Assembly (NCBI GenBank): GCA_964413025.1
Contig: CAYPRG010000001.1
Span: forward strand, 464-64,463
Reading direction: 5' to 3'
Source of the DNA: an uncultured Planctomycetales bacterium
GTDB lineage: Bacteria; Omnitrophota; Gorgyraeia; Gygaellales; Profunditerraquicolaceae
Length of the DNA: 64,000 nt
Position 1 is the stretch's first letter. The number at the start of each line of letters is the position of its first letter. Made by a program: the position numbers and the translations under genes. The notes below the pieces were generated by a model. The model did not search any database. It saw nothing but the letters and a program-made list of their open reading frames with translations, and was not told the origin of the DNA. This document shows, in pieces, positions 13,101-28,100 of the stretch.

Positions 13101-16100
13101 TAAATGCCCCTACATCATTATATAATGTCTGTCTCCGGAGAGGCTCGGTCCTATCAACAAGCACGCGCGGCGCAGAACTAGCGGAAGATTTGGTATCTTT
13201 AACGTAAAGGCTGAAAGCCCCGGGGAATTCTCTCCTATACAGGTTGGATATTTTCCGTACCGTTTTTAATCTGGTAAAGGAATCGGACATTCCGCATTTG
13301 ACTATAAAAATGACCGAATCCTTGGCTTCTCGTATTATCTTTTCCTCTAATTCTTCCATACCTATGCTATATGGGCCATAGTATAAAAATATGAAGTCAT
13401 AATCCGATATATCTACATTCCTTAAATCCTTATACAGCCACTCCACAGAACCGCTTCTTATTAAATTCTCATCAAGAGCCTGTCTTTCTGATATTTCGAC
13501 TAAGTTCTTAAACCTTTCATCAATTTCTACCCCGGTTGCCTGCGCGCCAAACAGTGCCGCTAAAATGGCTACGCGGCCATCACCGGAGCCGACATCGAGG
13601 AATTTTTTGCCTGGGCAGAGCCCTATCTTCTTAAAAAAACCTGCTACTGTCGCCACGTCCGACGGAAAGAATGTGCCGCCTCTTTCTCGTTGCCCTGGAC
13701 AGGTCCCATCAAAAGGCCTGATGCCTGCCTTATTATCTTTTAGCGTATGATCGCAAATCTGGGAAAGCCTTTTAACTGCTTTATTGTGTTTACTCCTTTC
13801 CCATAACTTGTCCGCATTTACCAACAGGGCAACCAGAGTAGTGCCGATAGGTATTAATATAGCAAGAGGAATAAGCGGGCCTCCGATAAAAATGATTATA
13901 GATAGAGCTATTATTGCTTCGATTGCTACTACGACTCCGAAGAAAGTTAAATTTGTTTTATTTAAAATTAGCCATTTTAAAAGGAGGGCCCCCGGGAAAG
14001 ATAGTAAATGAATGCTTGCTTCAAAGATTTCCTCGAGTTGTTGCCTAGTTAAAGGAAGGGATGAAAATATTGCTGCGCTAAGGAGTAAAACCCCTATGGA
14101 CATGGCAATAAGCAGCGGCGAGAGTGTAAAGCCGGAACGGTTAGCTAATGGATTGGGCCCGCGTTCTTTTTTAGGGTCGCTGTCTTTTTCATGAACAACC
14201 TTAATCGCCCTTTCCACCGGCGGTAATGCATCTTTTTTGCGTGAACCGACTCCGGGCAGCTCCATCTGCCATACACCTTTATCAATCTGCTGTACCTTCA
14301 TTACCTTAGTCATATTCAAAGATGAACCGACTTCCCTAAAGACGCCTTCCAGCTCACGGGCAATATTATGGGAAATAAGCGGATCACCGATTTGCGGCAC
14401 ATTATTTCTTAGTACGCCTGCTAGCAGCTGGACTAATTTCCTGGATGTTCTCCAGTCCAATTTTTTGGTAAAATCATGCTCTAATTCCCTGATATACCTG
14501 GTAATATCAATATTTTGCAAGTGGGCCTGCTTGACTTGATGTTTCTTTATCGCGGGCTTAGCTATGACGCTACGGACAAAAGAGGTTTTAATTTGCTCGG
14601 AATGCGAGACTTCCCTGATTATTGCCCGCATAACCTCTTCATCCGCCAGGACAATCAACCGGGTGCCGTATTCTTCGCTATCCATGGAGGTAACCATCCA
14701 GAAGACCGCTTTGAGGTGTTTCTGTGCCCTTTCCTTCTTCATAAAATCCACTATCGCGTCAAGATGCTCCTGCGTGTATTCAGACCAATTAACAAACTTT
14801 GTCTGGCCTATACAAAATCTGACTTTGCCCAGTGGAAATAATTTAGAATCCCATGTTAGGTCTTTAACGTTTGAATGCCTGGTGCAATAATTATGAATAG
14901 CCAGTTCATTTAAAAATGCCCCCATATCCTTAATATCTAAAATCTTCCTTAGCCGCTCTATTTCCTCTGCGTCTGCTTTAGTAGCAGTAGAAGACTCAAA
15001 AACATACCTTAACAGGTTGTGGGCATAACTAACCACATCTAAATCCCAACAGATGGCGCTTACAAGCATAAAAGCATCTGCCCGGGAAATATCAATGTTA
15101 CATTTACGGTAATCTTCCGCGACCATACTGCAAGTACATGACTCACAAGGCCTTAATAAGAAATCCTTCGGCAGGATAACCCCTTCAGGCACAGAATGAT
15201 GGTCTTTTCCATTAATGACTTCGAACTTCTTCAGCTCATCTCTTTCAACCTTAGTATGATCAAGCGGGATTAACTTTAATTTTTGCCGTATAACCGAAGA
15301 TCTCTCGGATATTTTTTTGATCAGAGGTTCTATTTCTGAATAAAAGATTAAATCGCTCTCTTTAATGCCGCATTTCTCTAAAATATATTTTGACCCGCTA
15401 TCAAGGCCATCCTGGGTAATGGGAATATACTTTATATTCTTAAATTCTGACGGGTATTTTTTAGCAATCTCCCAACAACGGTATGCTTCTCTATCCGCAG
15501 AGACTACTGCATCCGCCTCCGGGTAACGGTGGCCGATGCAGAGGACTATCTCGCCGGCTATCTTCCCCTTATAAACCGCCTTAAGATAAGCCTTTAACTT
15601 TTGCTTACATTCTTTACGATACATTTGAGAAGCAACCGGCTCTTTATAAGCAGGTATGACGCTGATATGATTGTGATTGGCTTTGACAGGATTGGCCTGT
15701 GGTAAATTGTAAACAACCCTGTCCAGATCCTTACTGAGCGTATCCCGGAATATACGGCTTGCCTCTATAAAATTATGCGTGAAATCCAATTCTTCATCCT
15801 TGACTTGGCTCAATAGAAGGATTTTTTTATTGCGCGCCTTATCGTTAAGTTCAGCCGGATTATTATACAATTGCAGGAATTCCCCAAAATCGTTAACCCC
15901 GAGCTGGCCCTTGGTAAGCTGGTAATATCTAAAAACCCAGAGAAACATCTCAAATGACTGCCAGGCAATCGCCGCAGCAAGCAAATTTGGACGATCTTTA
16001 ATAAGATTATAAACGGGTTCGCTGATATAAATCACTCCTCTTCTTAAAGAGTAACGCATATAGAAGAGCCCCTCAGCAGCGTTTCCTGCCAGAAATGGCG

Positions 16101-19100
16101 CTGGCTTTCCTTTTACCTCCAGGGCAACTATGCCAATATTCCTCTCATTCAGGAATTGTTTATATGCCCTCTGCAGTTCCAGTATCGGCAACCCGGTAAA
16201 ATATCCTGCGTAGATTAAGCCGGCAATGACCTGTTCTGATTCTCTCTTTATCCTGATGATAGATTCATCTATGTAATTTTTTTCCTTATAACGCCTGTCT
16301 TCATAGGCTCTCTCGCGAGGCGTAATCTTTATTTTCTTTTCTCCCCACAACAAATACATCGCCCTGCTTCTCTCAACTGCCTTTCTCAAAGTGGACTCAG
16401 GCATCCCTGGCCGCTTCATAAATAATTCATGTATTCCATGAGCTATATCCGCCGGCAGAATATGCGCTAACAACGGCTTTACCTTAACAATGCGCCTGAA
16501 TATTTTTCCGTGGCCATTAGTCCCGTTTATGGCCGCCAAAACATCTTCTTTCTTTATCTCTTTGTTTACTTCTTCAAACAGCTTCTCTATTTTCTCGCGG
16601 GGTATATCAAACTCTACCGTGCTCACTCTGTCGCCCAAATCTATGTTGTATATATGCTGGCCCCAACGCCGCATATGTGAATCTGCATCGTAAGACTGAT
16701 TAGCCAGCTCAATTGACCTCAGGAATATATTCACCACCGGGACAAAACGGCTGAGAAGCATCACCGGATTTACAACCAATGATTTAAATAACCAGTTCTC
16801 ATTAATAGCAACTAGCGCCTTCTTTATCACTTTGAATATGGTGCCATTCATTGAAGTAGGGTTTGTTTCCTCGCTTAGAAAAACGGCTACAACGGAATGA
16901 TTCTTATCCTGGGGAAAATTCTCCTGCTCCAGTAAGTAAATGGGGAAATAACTCTTAGGATGCGCTCCGCCGTCAATCAACCGCCATATCTTATATTCTC
17001 CCTTGTATTTACCTTCCCAAACCACAGGATTAAAAATAATTGGCAGGGACATAGTCGCCCTGATGGCAGTGCTTAAGAGCATATCCGGGCAGTTTTCTGC
17101 ATTCAACTCAAGCAGCTTTCCGGAAGTATGATCTACGGCCGTAACCGTAAGGCTGATAGGGTAACCTGCTTCTTGGAGTTCTCCGAGGGTAGGGATATGG
17201 CTAAATCTATCTTTTATTTTATTTTCTATCCATTCCAGGGCTTTTTCGCCTTTATATATACCTCCCTGGGAAAGCAAATTCCAGACGTTATCAAGGAACC
17301 CTTTCGGCGCGTCCATAAAGGTAGAAATGTTCATACTCAACATTTCTTCTTTTGCCGTTTCCACATCATAACCAAGCAAGACAAACAAACCAAAAATACC
17401 ACCTGCCGAGGTTCCGCCGATTTTATTGATGTAAAAACCCTTACCCGGGCCAAAAAGATTTCCCAACATGCTTAAAAAAGAAGGATAAGCTATACCCTTG
17501 ACTCCGCCTCCCTTAGCCACGCAGTAGGCAAGCGGCCTTTTTCCATCCCTGGATTTATTGATTCTCTGGATTAACTCCTTAATTCTTTCTTTTTTCCATT
17601 TTTTTAATTCGTTTTCAATATATTCGGTGAATTCTTTGGCGGTAGAGTGGAGCGGTTGAAGATTCGCGGAAGCAAGAATTTTTTGAAGCAGGATTAGTAA
17701 TTTTTCCGGAGGGGCATGGCTTTGTAAATACGGCAGATATTGGCTTTTGAGTATTTCCGCCGCGCTTCTATCTGTCTTTAAAAGCCCGCTTAATATCTTC
17801 AGGCACCTATCATAACTATTCCTATTCAACCACTCCAGGAATACCGCTTCTGAAATAACTCCATCCTCCCTGTCCGGATTAACTTTTTTTAAAACACTGT
17901 ACGCCTGCAAAACTTCATCCGGAATACTAACCCCTACAATAAAACCCTTAATTCTGTAAGCAATCAACTTCTCTATCTCTTCTAAACTTAATTTAATAAT
18001 TAGATTTAATAACTCCGGGCTTATTTCGCGTAGCTCTGGCATAGTCGCAGCATAACTGACGCGCTTTACTTCCCAATCTCTATACTCCGGCTCGCTAAAT
18101 ATCTTATCAAGGGTAGCCCTGGCTCTTTTTTGAAATATAGGGCAATGCATAAATATAATAGTCCTGACATTCTCTGGCCCAAAACCATTTTCCCTTAGTA
18201 TTTTTATGCTATTACGGATATTCTCTTCTGTGTTGGTAGATTTATCCTCCACTAAGATTGCGTTTTCAGGGACGCCGTTTTTAATCAGGCTGTCTTTACA
18301 GGATTCTGCCTCGGATATTGTTCCTTCCTTTGTTGCTATTCCCACTCCCCCGGAAACAACTATCATTTTTACCAGCCCCTCTTGATAGATTCCGGCGGCT
18401 TCTTCAGCAATACGCGGCGAATCAAGGCTGCCGGGGATTAATAATACATCCGCCTTTTCTCGCGGCAGTTTTTCTCTCTCAGTAAGAAAAGAAACTATAT
18501 ATCTAAGCGCCTTTTCTTCGCGGGCTTCTTTTTTAAAATCAGCTATGCCTGTGATTAACCCGTGCCAGATACAATATACGCTGAATATGAGCATAGGGAA
18601 GACGAAGAAGACTACTGTCAGGAATAAACAAATATCTTCTCCGCTGATAGAAGATAAACCGCCAAAAGGCATAGCCCAACAAAGAGTTGTTCTTAGTATA
18701 GCCGTTAGAAAAACAACTAAAAATACAATTGCCAGGCCGCGGGTTTTGGAAGCGTTTTCAATAAACCCAAAATTTTTTGCTTGCGCTTTTATTGCTTCTT
18801 CTTCGGTGGGATATTTTTCGTGAATCCTGATCTGTGAAATAATCCAACTTATCTGGTAAAAAGGATAATCCAGGTTATTAAGGATTTGCTCGAGTTCTTC
18901 TTTCTTCGCTTTACTAAAGGTTGTATTTGTAGCAATTTCAAATTTATTTACTAAATTTTTAGCTTTTGAAGTTAATGCCGGTATTAATCTCTCTATCTCT
19001 TTTCTTAATTCCTTTTTCTCTATGGCGGTAAATTCTCTGGATTCACGCAGCAGGCTAAGTTTTTTTAATCTGGGGGGGCCGGTAATTTTGCCTGATTTAA

Positions 19101-22100
19101 TCAGATATACCAGGGCTATCCTGAAGACCGCCTGCCATAATTTCAAAAATGCCTGGCCGATTACGGGTATATTTTTATATCTTAAATATGCCTTAAATAT
19201 TCCCAGGGCAGCCATGGGATGCGTGCCTTTGCGGATTTTTGCCAAGATACTTCTGAATTTACCGGCTTTCGGCTGGCTGTTGGCTTTATCCTTCCGGGCT
19301 TCCTTTTGCGGCTGGGGTGGCTGCTGATCCATGAAAAGGATATTTACTTCGGTATCCTTATCAAAGAAAACCAGTTGATTAGTATTAAAAACAAGGTCCA
19401 ACTCTTGATTTAACTCAAGCTTACTCTCGCTTCCAAGTAAAGCTACAAAAATATGTTTATCATTTTTAAAATGGACTATCTTTTTATCGCCCATATTCTC
19501 TATTATATCCACTTTTCCTTTTACTATATTAACGAGTGAAGTATATTTTGACTCCACAAACATTTTATCCTGGATTTCGTGCGGCCTTATGCCCAAGATA
19601 ATTTCTTTATCTTTATAGGGCGCCAGATAGCTGGCTATTTTATCATCGGTTTTTACCTGGAAGCTCTCGCCGTCAAAATAATAACCATCTTCCCTCTGGA
19701 TAATTTTTCCTTCAAAGAAATTCATTTCCGGAGAGCCGATAAACCCGGCGACAAATTTGTTAACCGGATTTTCAAAAACAACCATTGGCTCACCGATTTG
19801 CTGGATAGCCCCATCTTTCATTACCATTATCCGCGAAGCCATAGTCATAGCTTCTATTTGGTCATGGGTGACATAAATAAAAGTGGTCCCTTTGCCTAAA
19901 CGCTTATGCAGCTTGTTAAGTTCGGTGCGCATCTGGACACGCATCTTAGCGTCTAAGTTACTCAAGGGTTCGTCAAAGAGAAAAACCAGCGGCTGACGCA
20001 CAATGGTGCGCCCCACAGCCACACGCTGCCTCTCCCCTCCGGAGAGCTCGCGCGGCCTGCGGGCAAGCTTATCTACAATAGATAAAATTTGGGCTGCCTC
20101 TGTAACCTTAACTTTGATTATCTCTTTTTTGACTCTTCTTAACTTTAACCCGAAGGCCATATTCTCAAAAACAGTCATATGCGGATATAGAGCGTAATTT
20201 TGAAAAACCATAGCAATGTTACGGTCTTTTGACGGCACATCATTTACTCGTTTATCCCCTATATATACATCTCCTTCGCTTATCTCTTCAAGGCCGGCAA
20301 TCATCCTTAAGGTGGTAGACTTACCGCATCCTGACGGGCCGACTAAAATGAAGAATTCCCCTTCATCCACCCCAAAGTCTATAGATTTGACCGCATAATT
20401 CTTCGGCTCTTTCTTATCTCTTCCGGGATAAATTTTACTTAGCTTAGCAACTCTTACGCTTTTGCCTGAGCTTGAAGTGCTTGTTTTATTTGAATCCACC
20501 GGCAAAAAGTTTGTTTGGCTGGCCTTCTTTGCTTGATGAGCCCTTATCGCCTTGTAAATCCTATAGCCCAAATAAATCAATAACCCGGCGACTAAAACCA
20601 CTTTTACTAAAACTGGGATGCTGCCCAAAACCGGGAATCCGGCGAATAAGAACCCGTTAGCCAGAGAAGAGGGACTTTCACAATCCCGCATTTTATTATA
20701 CTGGTCGTTTAGAGAAGCTTTGTTCGCGCGATAGAAATCAAGAGAAGGCAGCTCTCTCTCATCATTAAGTATCCTCGCCTTCTTTGTATTCGCACGCATG
20801 AAATCATCGATTAAATCAATCCTTAGCTTACCTTGCGAATCTACAGGTAAGAAACGCTCATCAAGCAATGAACGCTTTCCCGAGGCAATATCTTCCCAAT
20901 GTTTCTTCCAATATTCATTACCGCCATTATCATCTCCCAGCAATCTTTCCTGCTTCTGTTTTTCTACTCCGGGATAAGGGAACTTTCTTTTTGCAATCCA
21001 GCTAAGGATTGATTTCTTATCTTTCCTTAATTGTTCCCAGGCAGTTTGCTCTTCCTGCCACTCTTTGCCGACATTAACAAGTTCCTCCCTGATTGTTTTC
21101 CATGTCGTCTTCATATTCCTTGCGATATAAGCACCCTGCCTATCGCCAGTTTCGGGAGTAGGATCATAGGTATAGAAGTAACGCGCTGTTGCATGCAAGA
21201 ATAGGCCATGGATTCCGGCGACTTCCCTGAATTGCTTGGCATTGAATAATTCCGGATATTTGGCATGCAGCCTGACTATCTCAACCCATTCTTTTTGGGC
21301 GTAAATGCCGGCTTTTTCCGCTTCCATAACCGCTTTTTCAAAATCAGGATAAATTCCGCTGGTGGCGATGTAATTGTCAATTACCTGGTGGACCAGATTT
21401 TCATTTTCGGGATAATAATAGTGGAGGATTTCTTCGGCGAGAGTAAGCACTGCCAGTAACGGAGGCGCACGGCTCTGAATGATATTATGTATTTTAATCA
21501 GCATGGCAGAAGCAACGGCTAATCTTTCCAGATCTCCTGTTTCTTCCAGGAAGAGTTGCGGGCGGCTTAATATGCGCGCCAGCAGGTCATATACCCTGGA
21601 ATCGTTCTTTTTGATCAGGAGCAATTCTTTAAGCGCCCGCTTAAGATATCTATCAAGCTTTCGTGGCAGGTTTCCGCTCTGTAAGCCTAAGGTATTTTTG
21701 TAACCATTAGCCTCTAAAGCAACCTCATACTTATTTGCCATATTTATTAAATCCTTCTGGGCTTTTACAAAACAACGCGAGGTATGGAAATTGCTCCTCC
21801 AGATACGGTAATCAAGCGACCCAAAAATATTATCCATCGCCTCAATCGTCTTCAGAAATTCCAAATCAATCTGACCGGAATAAATCTGATCGCAGAGTTT
21901 ATTGAACCGGAATATGTGGTCTACCGTACGCTTATTTGAATACGAAGGCGCGGTGCCGGTAGTCATTAAAAACGCCCAGTCCGAACTCTGAGCAAGGAAA
22001 AGCTCTCTTCCCGTCTGGTTCAATGCCCGCAGGGTAATCTCATCAGGGTTATTAAAACGATTAGCCAGCTCAATCATCTTCTGCGCGGCTTTTAACAGAT

Positions 22101-25100
22101 GCCTGTATATCCAGGCATTCCCGCCATTAAGCCAAACCGAGAAATCCCCTTCATTTCCCCAGGAGGAGAGCGCAGGTTCAGAGCGCTGAAGGGTCTTGTT
22201 TTCATCAAGATATTCAGAGATAGTCACCGGCCGCACAGTCCGTTGGTCAAAATGGAACTTGCGCATGACTAGATTGATAAAATCCTGCCCCTCGTACCAC
22301 CAATGGCCGAAAAGTTCAGCGTCGTAAGCGCAGGTAATCAAAGGTTTACTGAAATGCCATGTTTGACATCCTTCTTTTACCCTCTTAAAATGCCCATCCA
22401 GGAATTCCGCCTGTTTGCCTCTGGCCCAGACAAAATTACCAGAGTGGCAATCTACCTTGCTAGCTGCCCATCCCGGATGATAATATGCTTTCTGGTTAAG
22501 CGGCACATTTTTTCCGGTAATACGGAAATATTTAAGCCCAATCGCGTGCGGCCCTACATTTCTGAAATAATTATTGAGGCATCCGCTATCTCCATCATAG
22601 CCTAAATCGCGGTGAAATTCCTTGTAATCGGGATCTCCGGGGTAACCTCCGTCACGCGACCAGATACACTCTCTAGTCTCAGGGTCACGGCTGACAGCCA
22701 CGCATCCCGCGGGAGTAATCACGGGAGCATAGGCGGCGTAACCGGAATCAAGATGGCGGCCGAATACAGGTTTGGGATTAGCGTAGCTCAAAGTATGCAT
22801 ATCGGTCAAAAAGAAATTTATCCCCGCTTCTCTTAAGAAAACATCGAGACCAGGGTAATATGCGCATTCAGGCAACCATATACCTCTGGGAGAACATCCG
22901 AAAACTTCTTTATACTGGCTGACGGCTTGAGCCAGTTGCGCCCGTACCGCCTCAGGAAATGAATTCATTAAAGGTAAAAATCCGTGGGTAGCTGCGCAAG
23001 TGATAATCTCAATAAAACCTAAATCCTGGAAACGGCGGTAAGCCCGGGTAAAGTCCTTTTCATAACGCAGGAAAATTTCCTTGCTTTGCTTAAACTGCTC
23101 AAGATGAATCTGCACTGTATGCTCCCAGGGAGACTTATTGCGCCTGGCATTCTCGTATTCACATTCAGCGAGTTTAATCAACTCGTTTATATGCCTTAAG
23201 GTGCGCTCCTGCAGGAGCGGGTCGCGCATCATGCTTAAAAGCGGCGGGCTCAAAGAAACCGTCATCCGGAAATCCACGCCATCTTTCAGCCAAGATTCAA
23301 AATTAGCGATCTCTCTAGCGTAGACCTCAATCACAGCCTCAAAATACCACCATTCTTCAAGAAAATTATCGTATTCAGGGTGGCGCACAAAAGGAAGATG
23401 ATGATGAAGGACTAACGCCAAGTTAGCTTTTTCTGCGTAGTTATCAAGACGCGCATCGTGAAGGCCACGATAATGTTTAACCGGCGGGTCAGGGGTAAAA
23501 CCGCATTCCGTATTGGTAAAAGTTGGGCTTCTCTCAACTTCATGGTTACGAGCAGTCATAATGCGGTTAGACGTAGCCAGAGTTTCGTATTGACATTCTA
23601 TATAAACGCCCAGCTGGGCAATATATTCCTTCTCGGCGGAAAGATTATTGAACCAGAATTCCCGGCTGGTATTTCCCGTAATCCCTTGTTCCTGATAGCC
23701 ATTATGGTTAAACCCATTAAACGCGCCCTGGCCGCTGACATCATAGAGACGGATGGCCAAGCGGGCGTTCTGTCGGTAATAATCTACTTCGGGCATATCC
23801 CAGAAAACGTAAGCATTAGAGGTATTCCCCTGGCCAAGTAAATGAATCCCCAGCTTATTATAAAAAGTAGGGATATCTCCCCAGGTTGATTCAGGATTAA
23901 TTTTTTCTTCGCTTTCTCCGATATAATCTTCATCAGAGAGATTCTTTATGGCGAGCTCCAAAGAAGAAATCCCTGCAGGAGTAAATACGCGTGAATAACC
24001 GGCACCCTTTCTAGCGTGCCACTTGAAAGGCTCGATTTCTCCCAGATAAACCGAGCTAAAATGCCCTCTCTCAAGTAAAAATTCCATTTCCAGGCTTTCT
24101 ATCCTCTCGGATACCGCGTTCGCCCTTATACTAGAATGATGAATTGTATCTCTTAGTTTTTCGCAGATAATCCCTAATGCCTTCTTCAAAGGTATCTGGT
24201 TGCTTTTCAGGTCAGCCGAAGTTATCCCGCCCTCAATAAATAAATCTATAATTTTTTCAATTGGTTTTTCAGATGCTTCGGCAATTGCCTTAACTAAACA
24301 ATTCTGTTTTAGGGCATCGCTTATTTTATTTTCTTGCTTTTTGGATTCTTCCGGCGAATAAGCTTTGCCCGGAGCAGGAGAAGTATAAACAATGCCTGGC
24401 GCAGGCTTAATCCCGTTATTATAAAAAGCACTGAGCGCCTCTTTTTCTTCTGTTACTATCCGCGAAACCGCTTTCTTCAAAGATAAAAATAAAGACTGGC
24501 CCGCGGCTTTAGCATATACACCTTCGGATTTTGGCTTACCGTGTTCCAAGATCAACCTTAAAACTTCCACCACCCCTAAATCTTCTAATTCTTTATTAGC
24601 GGCTTTAGGGTCGCGCGCGAACTCAAAAATCCTGAATAACTGCGTTTGATTGGCCAAAGATACACAACTTGGCAGGCCTTTACCTGTCTTTAGCTCCGAC
24701 AAGACATCCTGCATCAGGGAATATGTCTCAGGCTCTATATCTAATCCAAATTGATGCTTTAAACGTAATAACCTCAGTATATCGCCCAGCAAAAAGTTAA
24801 CCCCTTCTCCCACTATCCGGACTTTATTATCCAGGAGGTCTTCCAGTGCCTGGCGGTAATGCCCATATAAATTACCGTTACAATCCACGGACATCTGCAA
24901 CAAAGCAGCGCCTGAGTGAGTGGCAAAACTTTCCTTTGTCGCTGAATCAACTACATAATTTTTTAATATGATTTCTTTTCCGGGAGCATATTCCGTTTTT
25001 ATCAGGCCGGCGAATTGGACTTTGAGCCCTTGGAAAATTGCTTCTCCGTATGGTTTTCTGAAGGTATCCTTATCGGCTCCCAGCGCCAGCGCTAGTTTTT

Positions 25101-28100
25101 CCAACGACTGCATGGCGAAGGAATACACTCTTTCATTGGCAGGATATTTGAGGCTTCTGAAATTATTCCTTTCTTCCTCGGTGAGTTCTACTTTTGCGGC
25201 TATATCTATATCGCCCGATTCATTACTGAAAAATATATCCCTGACCGCTCCGCCCATCACTAAAATATCTTCCAGGCCCTTTTGCTTCAGGAAATTTATG
25301 AAGTCTTTTATATTCTTATCGTTTATATCGCTTATGTCTATCCTGCCCAGTGCCAGGCCTTTTTGGGCTAACGCACGGTCGCGCTTGACCACGACTTTTT
25401 TAGCCAGCCATTTCTTAAATGCTAATATAGTCAATACTCCTAAGCCGCAGATAATGGCAGGCAGGACGAAATGTTTAATTATGCCTAATGATTCCGGAGT
25501 TATGAATGCGAAATATGTACCCATGGCGTAGATATTAGCGGTGCTGCCGGCTTCCATCTTAGCAATGGCTTCTTTTAATTCTATATATTCAGGGTTATCC
25601 TGGATGATTGTTCCGCCGGCATGGGGAAGGTTGTCTATTTCGACGGTAAGGGGAGTGGCGCTTAAGAGTTCTCTTAAGGCCTCAAGCACGCTTTTATCGT
25701 TGAATCTTTCTAAAGCTTCGGCCGCGGCAAAAGCAATGTAATGCTCTTTATCTTTTGATAATTTAATTAAACAGGGTATTGCTTTTTTGCTGCCTATCCT
25801 GTCGAGCGTTTTGGCAGCGAAATGACGGATAAGGGCAAATTTATCTTTTGATACATTAACCACGGCTTTGACCGCGGGTGTTCCGATTTTGACTAACCCT
25901 TCTAAATCCTGCCTGGCAATTAAGAAAATTATTTTTTCTCCCTCTGTCTTCGCTATCCAGCCTAATTGGCCTAACGCCCAAGCAGCTTCTAAGCGGACAT
26001 CGCTATCTTCATCTTTCAATTTTTCTTTAAGATACGCTATTGCCCAGACATTATGGATTTGGCCTAAAGCCCTTGCCGCGGCTTTACGCACAGAAGAATC
26101 TTTGTCTTCTAATAATTCGGTTAAGATATCTGCTGCTTGGCTGTCGCCGATATTACCCAATATTTCAGCTCCTGCTTCCCGGAAATCGGCGTCCGCATCT
26201 AAACTTCTTAATTCTCTAGCCAATAAAATTTCTGCCGGCAGGCCAACCTGGACTAAAGCATCTATTAAATCTTCACGCAAATGGCCTCTTTTATTTTTTA
26301 ACAATAACTTCACCAGATAATCAGCTGCTTCTTCTCCGCCAAGCTGCCCCAGAGTTTCAATAGCGGCAATTGTTTCACGGATATACCAATCCTCTGCTTT
26401 TAATTCTCTGATAATATGGGTAGCTGAGCGTTTATCACCAAGCCGGCCCAAACTTTTAACAGCTTGCTCGCGCTTTACCCAATCCTGGTCTTCCATAGCC
26501 TTAATATGATATGTAGACTCAAACATCATCCGGTTATCCGCGGAATCAATCAGGCGTAAGAATAACCCCCGGCCTCCTTCTTTCTGCCTGACTTCAATCA
26601 GGGCGCGATAGGAAGCTTCGGCAAAGTAATCACGCACCATATGAGAAGGAATATTATGCAGATAACCTTTGGCAAAACCGATTGCCGGACGGACTGGTAA
26701 AGCCTTTTCAGGGACAAATGAAATAATAAACGGCAGATACTTCTGAGGCTGAGCTAACACCTGTTGATAGCTGATATGCTGGTCGCCTGTGCCCTGCATC
26801 ACCCATTCAATCCCAACACTGATCAGATAGTCCCTTAAGCTGTAGAATTTATCGCCTTCCAGGTATATAAAAGGAACCAGCTTACGGTTGTTTTTCTGGG
26901 CAAATTCAGTGGCCTTACCAACCAAATAAATAAAATCTTCAAGGTTAGCGATTTTGGCAGAAGAATTTAATTCAGGGATGTTAGTCTGCAGGTATCCTGC
27001 TCTGGCAAAGTTTTTAATCTCCTCAAAAGCCTTTTCAATTGCCCCCGGATTTTGCGCTTCTTCTTTCTGCAGCTTTTCCAATTTTTCTTCCAGCAGGCCT
27101 TTACCTAACTCAACATAAGGCTGGCGCACAAAAAGATTTTCCTGGACAATTTTCGTCGCCGGATTATCCAGGTTATTCAAATCAACATCCGATGCTGAAA
27201 ATTTAGCTTTCAGCAGGGCCCTGGCGATTAAGCGATTACCTATAGTATTAGTCATTCCGTAAAAAACAGTAAAGAGTTCGGCAAATGTATTGGCTAAATC
27301 CTGCTTATCCAGCTTTTTGAAATCAGGAATGCTTATTTTAAAATTTTTGGCTGATTTACCTAATTCAAGGCCTAATAAATTGATGATAAGCTTATTAGGT
27401 TTATTTTCATAATGCACTTTTTGCCCAGTCCAATAACTTTCTTTAACCGCGATAAGGTTGACAAAACCTTCCTGCCAGATGCTTTCATTAAAGTTTTGCT
27501 CAATGGACTTTCCAAACCAGAAAAGGTAATCCGGGACTAAAAGGCAGATATCGGTTATCTCCGCATCCAGGATCATATTCCCTAAGATATTGGCAGTGTG
27601 AGCTTCCGAACGCACTTTCTTTATGTATTCATGACGAAGATCCCAATATTCTTCGGCATCAAGGTCATGGTAAGCCAGGAATGTCATCATATGCAAGTCG
27701 CCGGTCCAGCGTCCGCCTACATTATCAAACATTGCCCCAAACCCGAGAGCATCTTCTCCGAGCTCTTTATCCAGCCCGGAATTCCGGATAAAAGCAGAAA
27801 GCCTGCTGTCTGCCGGCCTATCAGTAGTTTCGAAGAACATATTTCCTAAGACCTTAGCAAATATCTTTTTAACCTGGCCATAATTGACATCCAAACCCGC
27901 GGCCACAGCATTATTAGCTATGAGAGATAGATTAAATCCTTTAAATAATTCCTGGCCTTTACGTTCTTTACCGCTGATAAAATTAATCTGGTGCAATGCG
28001 GCCAAAACGATATCGGCGAACTTCGCGCCATCAATGCCTGATTTGGCGGAGATGCGTTTTAGAAGGACATAGAAAATCTCAACAAACACTATCATTGTTT

